Of a stretch of DNA of 64,000 nucleotides, positions 24,591-44,600 are shown piece by piece. The position numbers and the translations under genes were made by a program. Origin of the DNA: Paragordius varius. Its lineage: Eukaryota; Animalia; Nematomorpha. The first letter of the stretch is position 1. The number at the start of each line of letters is the position of its first letter. The notes beneath the pieces were generated by a model. That model did no database searches and was not told where the DNA came from. It saw nothing but the letters and a program-made list of their open reading frames with translations. The DNA is taken from assembly GCA_964247055.1 (NCBI GenBank), contig OZ176053.1, positions 8,432,001 to 8,496,000 of the forward strand, written 5' to 3'.

Positions 24591-27500
24591 TTCTATCCAG
24601 TGATTAATAAATTTGTACCTTGCATTATTGAAAAATTGCCTGACTAAAATTTTTGCCTTTATGTTGAACCCTTATTTTATCCTTATTATTCCATCGTAGT
24701 TCCTAAAATTTGCTAAAAGCATCTTTACTTTAGAGTATGATATGAGTGAAATTCTACCCAGCGGCTAATTAGAAAAACGGACTTAAATATTGTCTTTATA
24801 CTGGGAATACTTAAAAACCATTATTGATGTATAGTTTCATAATTTGGGGGAGGATTCAATTAAAAATGTGGACCAACTTTGTTTAGCGCATTCGTAAAAT
24901 GTAAAAAAGTATTGGTGAATTTAAATGAAACGCCCACCTTTCCTGAAAATTGTCTTAAGGAAATTATTGGAGATTTATATATTTTTAAAAACCCCCATTT
25001 TCACACTGGGTGGGGGGAGGGGCAAATTGCAAAAATTGGCTCTATCATAGTCGGTGCATCAATAATTTTCCATTATTAAACTTAAATAGGCCTATACGAT
25101 TTCTGGGCAGAACTTTGAAGGGCATATCAAGAAAATCTGGTATTTCTGGGATAGTTGAAATAATTATCATCAGAGGTATTTACCGCGGCATTTATGTATA
25201 AAAAAAGTGTGACGAGACCGAGTTAAATAATAAATTATTAAATTCACACTAACTTTTTCATAAAGACATAAAAACGAGGTCCCTTAAGATTCGACAAAAT
25301 AATCTTTAAGACATGTATTGATCGAAAAATTAGTTTATAATAAGCAATTTGTCAAATAATCCAATAATGAAATCGAAACAGTCTTAACAAGTATATTTAG
25401 CTGAAGAGATGATAAAGTTAACCAACTGTTTAAAACCGGGAGATAAAAAATTAACTCCGCTTTAAATAAAAGTGGTTGTTGATCAGGCCTTTTGCACCGG
25501 TTTTTTTATATTTTAAAACTCAGTCTCATTTTTGGCTTTGGCAGACTTTTAAACATAGATTCAAAACCTCGGACATCCAATCTTTTTATAGGGTAATATT
25601 TATTCAATAAATTTTAAATTGAATTTTTAAATATGTAACACCCTGAATTCACAAATATGCTATTATAATGGTTGTGTAATTATTTTAACATTGTGTTCAA
25701 TCTTTTATTAAAGCATTTGGATTTATTTATGGCTTCATGTTTAAAGGGTGGTTATTTTTAATAAAATCATAAATATTATGCTGTTTAGTAAATGTTCATT
25801 TCATGGCAACAGTACCTACAATCAGGTTTATGCTTCGATTGGTTCAGGTAAATTAATTTTGGGTAGGCGGTGCTATGTAAAACAAGTAAAACAGTTTTTC
25901 TTTAAGTATATATGACTTGGTTTATTTAACAATTGTTCAGAACATCTAAATGGCCTTATTTGAAATTATGAATTTAAAATTTCTCCAATTCAAAATGACG
26001 CTTACACAATAAAAGATTTATGATTGGACTGATTATTTATGCAGGATAACTATTTAAGCATGATTAGATAATTATAATAAATAAAAATTTTTAAATATTT
26101 TATGTTAAATCCAATTCTTATGATGGATGTCAATTATTTGCCAAAATTTGTAAAAAGATGCTTAATTTTTTAACCATTTTGCCAATAAAAGATCTTTTTA
26201 GATAAGTAGGTATTCCGAAACAATGGGTTACAAAATCAAGGTTACATTCCTTTTATTATATGTTGTGTGCGTTTGTGTTCAAAGGTAGGGTGGTTAATAA
26301 AATAAAAAAATATTGCGAGATAATGACAAGATTTTGCTAATTGGGTTTATAAGATTATACATTTTTAAAAATATATTTTTTTAACATTTTAGGATCTTTT
26401 CTCTAGTATATTCAATTAATTAAAATATATTTTATATTTAGCATTTCGACTTAAAACACTTAATGTTTCAAAATATTAACATTTATACATCTTAACAACG
26501 TATTATTATTAATAAAATGTTTGATTAAGAAGACATGGTATATGTTAACAAATTTTCGTGATAATGTAAAAAAATTGTATTTTCATACATATAGGATAAA
26601 ATGAAAAAATAAAATCGATACAATTATTTCTATTCATACATACATATATATTTATTATTGATTTTTTAGTGTAAGTGAAAAAAATAACTTAGGACGGATA
26701 TCTAAGAGTGTGTATGGAAGGAGACAGAAAAAGCTATTTTAACCTCAAGTTTTTTTACAAGAGATAGTCTCTGGATTTTTTCAGTTTTAATGGCAGCTCA
26801 ATATTTCATGTTGTAAATTTTTTTCAAAATCCATGGACTCTGTTTGGTTCTGTTCTATTCTATCCTAATCAAAAACCATTGATAAATATTTAAAATCCTT
26901 TTTAAACTTATGTATGCTAATGCAAAAAAATTTATACATTGGCAGTTTTTATGGATATGGTTTTATCTAATTTCTTTTACCATAAATTTTTTATATAGAT
27001 TTATATATTTTATATTTAACAGATAGATATTGGTTATTTTTTTGTTCAAGATGTGGAAATCGATTTTAAAGTTATTATTACATTATATAATAATATACAA
27101 TTATTATAGAAAAAATATTAATAAATAAGTACATATGATTCAACAAAAAGTTATACAACAGAAATATTATTGTTACTATAATTAAATTTTAGTTTGCAGA
27201 AATATAATATTTTAAGTTAGATAGATAGATATATTACATATGCTAACGAAAACCGTATAAAACAATAAACAATTCAAAAATAAAATAATTGGTTTTTAAA
27301 ATATAAAAAAAATTAACTAATATATAATGCGGCTCTCGTAAAATTTTTCCATAAATCTTATAAAATATTCATATATTGAAATATTTGAATTTCGTTCGAA
27401 ATTATTTACAATTAGTTTATGTCGCGCCACATTAATATTATGTCACTCTCTTAAAACGTAAAAATTAAAGATATTCCCCAAAATATTAATGAGTTTGCCT

Positions 27501-28551
27501 ATCCATAATTTGTATACATTGCTAAGCATATACTCATACAAGTTTCATTCATTTAGAATTCTCAGAATCATAGCATCACCATAATATTTAATAACGCCAA
27601 ACTTGCAAAAAAAATTGAACAGTAGAGTCAGTCTAAGCTTACTATCTATTGTATAACAAGTAAGTTCTCGTTCCACACAACAAAATATATTGGCTTTGCC
27701 TACACTTAAGCGCGCGCACTATACACAAACAAAAAAACACATACATAAAATCTATAATAAAATAACAACTTATTATCATCATATAATACGAACAAAAAAA
27801 CGATCAATAAATTTCTTTCTATATACTTTTTATTTTTTTCCTTGTGCGCGCTTTGCTTGTACATCTCCAATCCATCTCCTCTCATCATCTTTCTAGCTAT
27901 CTATATATCCCTTTTCTTCGTTTCTTACCTCTATCGATCATTCATATATTTGTATTAAATATTTTTAGCCGTAACATCTCTATTTTAACTTGTTTATCAC
28001 TATTTTTACATACTTCATCTTTTGGACCCAAAATCATCTTTAAACACGACACGCAAAGAAATATTTGTACTCCGTTATATTGAATAGCTTCTGCGATCGA
28101 ATAAAAACGATTCACACATTCTGTTCAAGGTGTGCGTTATTAACCAATTATTGATATATTATTTTATATATGAGAGGATTACTTTCCATACCTTGCCTAA
28201 TTGAAAATTAATTGGACGCGACATTTTGGATATATGAAAAATGAAATTATTACTTCACATTGAATCAATCACTCCTTTGCAAACACATTACATTAATAAT
28301 CAGTTAATAATTGAAAATTTCCTGTCATACATTAAAATAGCTAAAAATTGTAAACAGCTAAATCACGAGTTACTACTCTAACTTGTGGTATTGATCCGAA
28401 TTCGGTGTTTTAGCAAACTATCATTCCACAATACTTCTTTCCTTTAAATCTAATATTTTAAGTGACTTTGGGGGAAGGATCAACGCTCTTACCATTCACC
28501 TATTCTGTTTGATCTGAATTTTTTGTATAAACTTCACACTTAAAAAAATCA

Positions 28552-35000
<6,449 letters not shown>

Positions 35001-38000
35001 GGCTAATGCTAAATTTTACCATTTTTGGTGACACTTTGAACATCATATATACGCAATTTTAATACCACCCAACCCAACCCACTGTATTCTCTATAAAACA
35101 AACAGTTAAAAACAATTCTTACTCTTATCTTATATTATGTGCTATTATCATTAATTCCAAAAAGTAACATTTTTTTGAATAGCGCGATATATACGCTGAA
35201 AATCACAAATGCATTCATTTTTCCATACATAAAAAATTTGTGATATAAGTTTGCGCCAACTCCTTAGGAAATTCATATAAAGCAGTAAAAGTAAAAAAAT
35301 ATCATTAACTCTACCCATCGATCAGTCATTAGAAATTAGTAGATATAGTATATAAAATATTATTACATTTCTACTTTGGCTAACGTTACATAATCGCAAT
35401 ATATATATAATTTTATTTAGCCTCCCGTATAATATAAAATACATTTATATATATAATAAGCTTTATTTTGTGTAATTCGTCCTAACACTCTTTTTATATG
35501 GACATAAAATCCAACCAACCCCACATAATAAACCAATCACAGTTTACATTTTTCTCCCCTCACTTTTAATTTTTGATTATTTACGCTTTTAAAGTATCTT
35601 TTCACTATTTATCTAATTTAATTTTTGAAAAAAAAAACGCCTTTATTTACCCCAAATATATATTCTTTGTTATTATTGTATCGCCATACATTGCCATTAA
35701 TCAGTTTTTTAGCAAAAAAAATAATTTTTTTGAAAAATATAATTACATATTTATTGGTTTAAATTTTTAAAATCAACTATTGTGTGTAACTATCATTATA
35801 AATATTTATTATTTTATTTAATAATAACAATAATAGCCTTTACTTTCTCATTCATTTAAGCTTATATATTTATACATGTATGTCAAGTTATTTCTAACTT
35901 TTTACCCAAATGTGTATACATTTTATAAATTTTACCAATAAAAAATGTATAATTTATTACTATTAATTTTTAAAATGATATATCAAACGAAAGTTCTCCA
36001 TCTATAAAATGATGAGTGGAAAACGACTGCTCCTCGGTAAATTTGTATGTGAAATTTCGCTTTTTGCGCAATTTGCCACATTACTTTACCCATAAGTTAT
36101 TTTATAGACTCTGGTTCCGTTTCCATTTTTTGGTCAAATAATTTATGTTTAAGTTATATTTAACAGCCTCAATTATTTTGATATAATGAGGCAAAATTCA
36201 TTTTTCACCAACGAATAACAAAACAAAATATATAAGGATAACATCGAATCATATGGAATTCCATTTTTAAAAGCGGTTCTGAGCTCGTTTAGTATAAGTT
36301 TGGAGCCTTTTTTGTGATTGTGTTCTACCAAAATAGTTAGATAGAAAGAGAATTCATTTGGAATTTTTATCCACTGTACTATTTTCCAGAGAATATTTTA
36401 TTAATTAAAAGCAGGTTCTTTAACAGGGGTATCCATTATGCGGCCCGCGAAAAATTTAAAAATCAATATACAAAAATATGTTCACAAAATCTTAGTTAAA
36501 TTGAATTTCTTTAACAGTATTTCCAAATAAGATTACCAATTGGCAATTAACTAGAAAAAATTAATATTGTATCTGCATTTTCCAATCGTACACAATTAAA
36601 TTAATTATATATGATAGTTTGGTATTTTAAATGGGGCCCATCAATTAAGTCAAAAATCCTGCGAAGCTATTTTTGTTATCCATCCGAAAATAAATTGTTC
36701 CTTTTATACATTTGGTCCCTACGGAAACATTTATTTTACGGGTTCAAAATGGAACCAAAACCACCTACACAACATAGTTCTTGAGAGTTGACAATGAACC
36801 AGTTTAATGGATTGGGAAATTGGTTTTGGTATTCCCTAAACCGCTTTTCGTTTCTATAAATTTGAGATCTATCCCGATTTTCTTTCTAAATTTCAAAATC
36901 CTTCCCGGCTCCTCTTCGACCTTCAGAAATTACCCAGTGTGCCCAAATAGAAAATACTAGATTTGTAATAAAAAAGATTCTTTTAATACTAAAACAGCAC
37001 TGCGACCAAAATCATGGGCTATTAAATATATCCTATTAAAATATTCTAATAAATAAGTGTATCGGAAATCGCATGGTGCTTTTATTTGTGGCCCTTACAA
37101 GTTTTTACTAAAGTTGTTTACATTTTTGTGGTAACTGTTCCATATCGAAAATGCACGGCACACATTTTGTTATACATTTTTTTGATGAAAGCAATGCATC
37201 ATTCCAAAAAATGTCATAAACTTTATATAAGCAAAACAATATTGTTATAATAATATTTAGATAAGTACTCGAAAGTGTCAAATTTTAGGTCCCGTTCAAA
37301 ATGGACAAATTCCTTCTAAATACAAAAGGGCCGAGGTTGAGCGACAAAAAATTTAAGTATAAACTAAACTTTGGCATGAAAATAAGTTTTTCCAAAAAAA
37401 TATTTTGTTTAAAAATTTAAATTGTAGCGAAATTTTGGTGAAGCGAGTTTCATGATGTTTAGAAGCATAATAGAAACGGTATAAAAACATATTAAAGGCC
37501 CCTTTTTAATAATACAATGATTTAAAATTCTCTCACCTTAGAATCAAATTACAATAATTGGTCTTCAAGCTTATATTAAAAAAATGTTTTTATACAATTT
37601 ACCAAATTTAAAAGCATATAAACCTTAAAATTATAATTCTGAAATATTATAAATGTTAAGCATCCTTGAATTGGACATAAAATGTGCTACCGTTTCTACC
37701 ATGTCTAAATATTATAAAATTCCCTTCAGCAAATACCAATAATTAAATAAGCAAAATATTCATTAATTCGGAAAAATATTTTTATGTCAAAGTTTATCAT
37801 ATATTTAAAATTATGGCGCAATATCGGGCCTTTTGCTTTTATTTTAAGAATTTTCCAACACGGGTCTAAAAACTTGAGACTTTGGGACTCCACACAAATT
37901 TAAATTTTATAAAAATGTTGTTTTGCCTTATTTAGTTTACAATATTTTATGATAATCTATAAATCATATAACATTCACCTAAAATTATTATTTTTACAAT

Positions 38001-38873
38001 GTGCTCAAATTTCGTTCTTTTTAAGATGCAGCTACACAATAGTGTTATTAAATTTAAAGCATCATGGAGATCCTCATATATTTAATCAAGATATATCTAT
38101 ATATATATATATATATCTTTGTTTTTGTGGACACCTTGCTATAAAACAAGTGATTTTCTGCCAAGCACGATTTAAATTTCAAAATTGTGTAAAATATCGG
38201 TCGAAAAGAAATATATTATAAATATGCAGATATAATAGCAATAAATAACTTATTAAATTAAAATATAACGAAAAAAAGTATCATTGTTTAAAATACACTT
38301 AACAAAATTTTGAAACTCAATAACAATATTTAGAAGCCAATGGATGCAGTGAAACATCTTATATACTTTTTTATATATTTTGATGTAACTACCAGATTTC
38401 TATTAAAAAATTTGCTTGCCTTTTAATTGTGAAATATAGATTTTATATTTTATAACAAATATATATTTTAATCATTTTTCGCAATCCATTATCTTTTCAC
38501 CTTTTTGTCCTAATTTACCATTTGTGGTAGTTTTATATCACAGAGCTCAATACTCCGGTTTTTTATAATTTAATTATCAAACATTGTTCCCATGTATTAG
38601 ATATAAAAACTTAAATTTTTTACAGTTTATGATTTCTAGTTTGATGGTCAAGGTCCAAATAAAAGGAACCGCAAGTAATCAAAGTATATCAAATTTTTGC
38701 CGGTTTAATCCTCATATATTTAAAATTTTAAGTTTGTATAGCACAATTTAAAATTCTGAATGCCTTAAATACTTTAGGATATTCAAACTTTTAATCGCTC
38801 GGGTAAATTAACCCAAAAAGAAAATTTATTATAAAGGTAATTTAACACTTGGATACAACACACTCATTTTAGT

Positions 38874-39431
38874 CCTTCGATTCAAATTGGGGTAGTTGGA
38901 TACCCCAGGCCTGTTTATAATCAAATATTTTAAAAAGTATGGAAGTATTCAAAACCATGGCAAAATTTTGCACTTATATAACATTAATAAACCGAAATAT
39001 ATAAAAAAATTTATTTAAAAATACTTGATATTACTTATTTTAAGCTAAAACCGAAAGGTAAAAATTTCGTCAACGTGACATGTGTCAAATTGTGAAATAA
39101 AAAAATAATACAAAATAAACCGCTTTTTCTATTTCTATCAATGTTAGATGTAAATTATATATATATTTAGCTTTAGTTTTACCCTTAAAATTAAATAAAG
39201 ACGATATTTTGCTTAGATTTTGTAAAATAAAAATGGCGCCGAAGTAGTTTGAGATGGAACTTTTTTTTCAAAACAAAATTTTATCAAGATATTTTGGCAT
39301 ATTTATATAATTTTTATCAGGATAAAAGCATAAACTCAAATTGGGACCATTTCCTTCAGTAATTTTTTAAAAATATTAATTTAAGTTTAGTCTGGGGTAT
39401 TTAGATACCCCAATTTGAATCGAAGTGTTAA
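38874..39431. mobile_element. MITE with ~33-bp TIRs, possibly piggyBac-like, ending ~50 bp upstream of the PPIL4 ATG
   Basis: ttcgattcaaattggggtagttggataccccag (38876) is the reverse complement of ctggggtatttagataccccaatttgaatcgaa (39392). The right end is ...gaagtg followed by TTAA; the left terminus is degenerate. Confidence 0.7.
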
Positions 39432-39479
39432 ATATTTTAAAATATTCTGTTCATGTGTTTTTGTCCGTGAAAAAGAAAT

Positions 39480-41610
39480 ATGTCGGTCATATTAGAAACA
39501 ACTTTTGGGGATATCACAGTAGATTTGTATGTTAAAAAGCGCAAACTGGGTATATTATAATGTAATTTTAGCATGTTTTAATTTCCTTAAACTATGTAAA
39601 TTGAAGAGCTACAATTATTGCACATTTCATACAATTCAGGTTCATAAAAATTTTTATATTAGAAAAACTTTTTAGCTCAAACTGGAGATCCAACAAATAC
39701 GAAAACGGGGGGTGAATCTGTTTATGGGTTAATAATAATTATATTTTTAGGAAAATTACGAGGAATAAAAAATATAATTTTGTAAAATTGGATTCAAAAC
39801 CACCAATAAAACATCAAAGGGGACATATATCCCTTGTCAATAATGGTAAGAATGAATTCGGATCACAAGTTTTTTCTATGTATAATATAGTTTTTTATTG
39901 CGATCGGGGATGATTTAACTTTTTTGGATAAAAAGCATTTGGTATTTGGACTTGTTACAGAAGGTATGGAATTGTTACAAAATTTTAATGATGCTCTTTG
40001 TGATGAAAACGACCAACCCTATCAAGATATATGGTAAATTGATTATAATTATACTTTTTTAAACGTAAGTTTTGTGGAAAAGGGGGTTTATTTGGATTGA
40101 ATTACAACATTTTAGGTAACGTCCCAAATGCGCTGTTTTTCACATTTCAGTAGTGGTTTTAGAGAATTGCGCTTGTATTTGGCTGACATTTGTGCTACAT
40201 TTTTAAATAAAAAATAGTAATTTTTTTATACAAAAAATATTTAATTCCCTCTGTTAATCTCAATTCGTAAAAAATAAATGGTTCCTTTTGCGCTAAAAAA
40301 CTAAAATTGACCTATTTTTATTATGTTAATATGTTTTTCCTGTTGAACTATACATGGAATATCGTTTTGGATAATGACCAGATATTTGAACTCTGACTAT
40401 ATTAAAACCTACTTTGCCTACTTTTTACACCAGATTATTGGTTGAGTATATCAAATGATATTTATTTCATTGGGCAGCAACACAGTGTGTGGAAAAAACA
40501 ACAAAATATTGAATAAACATTTTTTCTTTCTTTTTTCCGTCTACTGTGTTGCGAATTCCCCAACTATAGCGTGAAATAAGCAACCATTAAAATGTATACT
40601 GTATTATACCAGGGTGTTATATAATTTCAATACAATTAAAATCTGATCCTTGATTATATAGGTATCAATTTTATAGATACGCAAAGTGTCATACACAACT
40701 TTTATTAAAGATATATAAACAGAGAATTATGCACACACGTCATTACCTTAATGTTATTTTTAAATTTGCCAACCCAGTCCATTCTAAAAATAGGAGGACT
40801 GTTTTGTACAATAAAGCATTGTGCTTGGTGTTTGATGTCATTTACTTGTATTTCAACCCGGCATTTCTCTAATATATGTACTCTATTATAATTATATATT
40901 TGATTAATAATATTATTATTGTCAATTGCTTTTATATAGCTTCACCCACTTTAAACCAGTCTCAAACATTTAAGATAAAATTTTCAACCCGGTTAATATT
41001 TCGATTTCTACATTATATATTATTAGAAAATTTTGGGTTTATTATTATTATTATTATAAAGTGCGTATTTTTTTGATTTCACATGGCAAACCTTCGTGTG
41101 CGTTTCTTGAAATTTATAACATTTTTCCCCACGCCGGACATTGGCCCAACCTATGATTCCTGCCACACTTTCGACAGTTTCGCCGGTGATCAGTGTACTG
41201 GATGGAGGTAGTAAATTCGCGGCTGGTATTATGTTTGTTACTATTAACATTTAATTGTTGATCGCTGCTATTTGGATCTCTTCAGAATCTCTATTGTGGG
41301 TATTATTGTGGTACGGATATTACTATTGTTATGAAGCGCCAACACCTCCAAATTAGCGATACCTTTCGCCCTTTTTTCTTGCGATAAGGCAATGACGACT
41401 CTATTTAGAGCCGGATTCCCGTTTTCCAAGGCGTCGGATCCATAACTTGTTCTTTGATCCTGCGATGAACACATCGCGTGTGTGCTCATCGATGTTAGTA
41501 GCAAACTAGCAGTGCATTGCCATTTGTTTTACTCGGAGTAAAAAATAAGTGAGCTCTCAGCGCCTTCTCTACTCATTTTTATAAAATCAAAGCGTGATGA
41601 AAAAATATTT

Positions 41611-41641
<31 letters not shown>

Positions 41642-44600
41642 TATTTATGAACTTGCATTGAAAAGATGGTATAGAATCGAATCCTGGATAGTAATAGTTT
41701 TCAATTTTGAGTATTTCAATCCCACCAAAGGCCAATAAGCAGGCACTTATATTCTCATCAGTGACTGGCACAATCTTTACTACGAGATTTTTTAATATAT
41801 TAAATGTGGGCGGTACTGAAATTTGGATTGAATGAAATAAGGTTAAATTTTTCCATGACGGCGCCACTATTGTAGGGTAACAAATAACAGTAAAGTTAAG
41901 ATATGGGTGGGGATTGAAAACGTGCACAAAATTGAAAACTATTTCTATATTGATCGACACTATACCATGGGAAGAACTGTTTAATGCAAGTTTAAAATTA
42001 TTTCCCCATCCAAAAATGTTTTTTTAGCACGCTTTGAATTTATAAAAATAAGGAGGGAAGGCGCTGAGAGCTTTAAACTGCGCCATTGTTGTAGGCGAGC
42101 GAATAACAGTAAAATTAAGATAGAGGTGGAATTTATTTACAGTATGCATTTTAATGTATGTTCAGTAATTTTATTGCCAGTCGAATAACATAAATGGTTT
42201 ATCCAATGCGTAAAATACTGACCCACGAAATTATTTCGTAGTACACATATGAAAGAGGATTGACGTGAGAATTAACATAGGCTTTAATTTGATGGATATT
42301 TTGTAATGTTAAATTTTGAGAATATTATAGCAATTTATGTTAACATTTGTAATATTGTTGTTACGTATTTAGATGCGGAATTTTGTGGGTTTTTATCTTT
42401 GATAAATTAATAAATAGTAAATTACGTATTTTAAGATTTTTAATGTTAATTATTCCTAAATTTAATAATAAATATTTTTCAAGATGCTAAATACGTGTAT
42501 TAATGAATATTGGTATTATAATTTTATATAGTTGTTACTACTAATTAAAAAAACACGGTAAATATATATTTGAAATTTAAGTAGATTTTAGATTTTTGTC
42601 TTTTATGTTTTGGTTAATTATTAATAATTTTTAAGTATTTCAGACATTTTAATCAGGTAAAAATTCGGTTTTTAAATTTAGTAAAATTTAATTTTTTTGT
42701 TTTTTTATGTAACATTGTTAATTGTAATCAATTACAACATATTTTGGACATTTTATTAAATACAGGTAAAAATTGCGGTTTTAAATAACTTTAGTAAAAA
42801 TTTAGTTTTTTTTGTTTTTTAGGTTTTGCATTGTTAATTTTAATTAATTACTACATATTTTGGACATTATAATAAATACAGGTAAAAATAGCGGTTTTTA
42901 ACAAATTTATTAGAGTTTTAGTTTTTTTTGTTTTTTTAGGTTTTGCATTGCACTAGTCGACAAATTTGGACATTTTTAAGCACCACCACTCAAACGTTTT
43001 AAATTATGACTAATTTTAGTGTTTTAAAACCGAATTTGAAAAAAATTTTGATCCCGCCAATCAGAATTTTGAAATTTTATAAGTTTTTTAATTTTTCAAA
43101 AACAAGAGAAAATCGAAAGAAAATTAAATATAAGTTTATAATAAAATGTTATTATATTATAAACTTAATATCATTTAATAAAGCGTTTTAAACTCTATCT
43201 TTTGAATATAAATATGTCATTTAAATATCAGAGAGAAAAAAATAGTAGGGACTTAAACGTCAAAATTTAGTCTTTTTTTTCAAGTGAATTTTTAACACAT
43301 ATAAAATTTTTTTAAAAAAATACTAAAAAAGGCATTCTATGGTTTAAACCTTCGGCTTTCAGATAGGCTATATTTTTTGTTAGATTTCGTTCTTTCGAGT
43401 ACTTATTAGACTTTTTCTCTTGAGTTGGTTCTTATAAAAAATCCTTTATGTATACCTAGTGGATATACCTTATTTTTTTAAGATTATTGGTTGTTTTGTA
43501 TTTTGAATTTCAGATGGATGTTGTGTAGCCACTTTTACTAGAATTTACTGTTATGGGGTTGGACCATTTGTATTTACCTAATTTATTTTCAATTTAATTG
43601 TAGAATTTATCTAACTTTATTTTGTAAACTGGTTAATTTGACATGTCAATTTGCCACGATTTTGCTTGTAAGTCTCTCTTATCGGACTTTACGATTACTT
43701 ATTGTTATCTTTGCCATATCTGGCATAGTTATAGGATCGCTTGGGGGATATGCAGAGCTTGTGCAGCCGCCCATATCTATCACACTATATATAAGCCCCT
43801 TTTAGATTTTTAATACTTTGGCTCTTAGCTTGTTTAGTATCTTATTTAAGGCCTAGAATTTGTTATCCATGCACGGAATATTACTTGTATCGACTTGCTT
43901 GTATCAATATTTAAACATATGTTCGCGAGGAATGATTGTTATTTTTGAATTAAATACAAATTTAAAAATTAAATTTTGGAAAAATCCTATTGGTGGCCTC
44001 AATTTTCTTTTTTGTTTTGGCCTTTCCATGCCATTAGGTATCAGAAAATGCAAAAATAATGGGGTGGTGCAAAACCTTGTTGAACAGTGTTGTTAATTGT
44101 AATCAATTACTACATATTTTGGACATTATAATAAATACAGGTAAAAATTGCGGTTTTTAACAAATTTAGTAAAAATTTAGTTTTTTTTGTTTTTTTATGT
44201 TTTACATTGTTAATTGTAATTAATAACTGCATATTTTGGACATTATAATAAAAACAGGTAAAAATTGCAGTTTTTAACAAATTTAATAAAAATTTAGTTT
44301 TTTTTTGTTTTTTTATATTTTGCATTGTTAATTGTAATTAATTATTACATATTTTGGAAATTATTATAAATACAGGTAAAAATTGCGGTTTTTAACAAAT
44401 TTACAAAAAATTTAATTTTTTTGTTTTTTTAGGTTTTGCATTGTTAATTGTAATTAATTACTATATATTTTGGACATTATAATAAATACAGGTAAAAATT
44501 GCGGTTTTTAACAAATTTAGTAAAAATTTAGTTTTTTTTTGTTTTTTTAGGTTTGTTAGTTGTAATTAATTACTACATATTTTGGACATGATAATAAATG

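Noticed and set aside
41529-41960. 143-aa ORF as a host gene or LINE ORF1
   Set aside because: It crosses a homopolymer and an inverted duplication, and only its 3' end matches Gypsy gag; probably a chance fusion of fragments.
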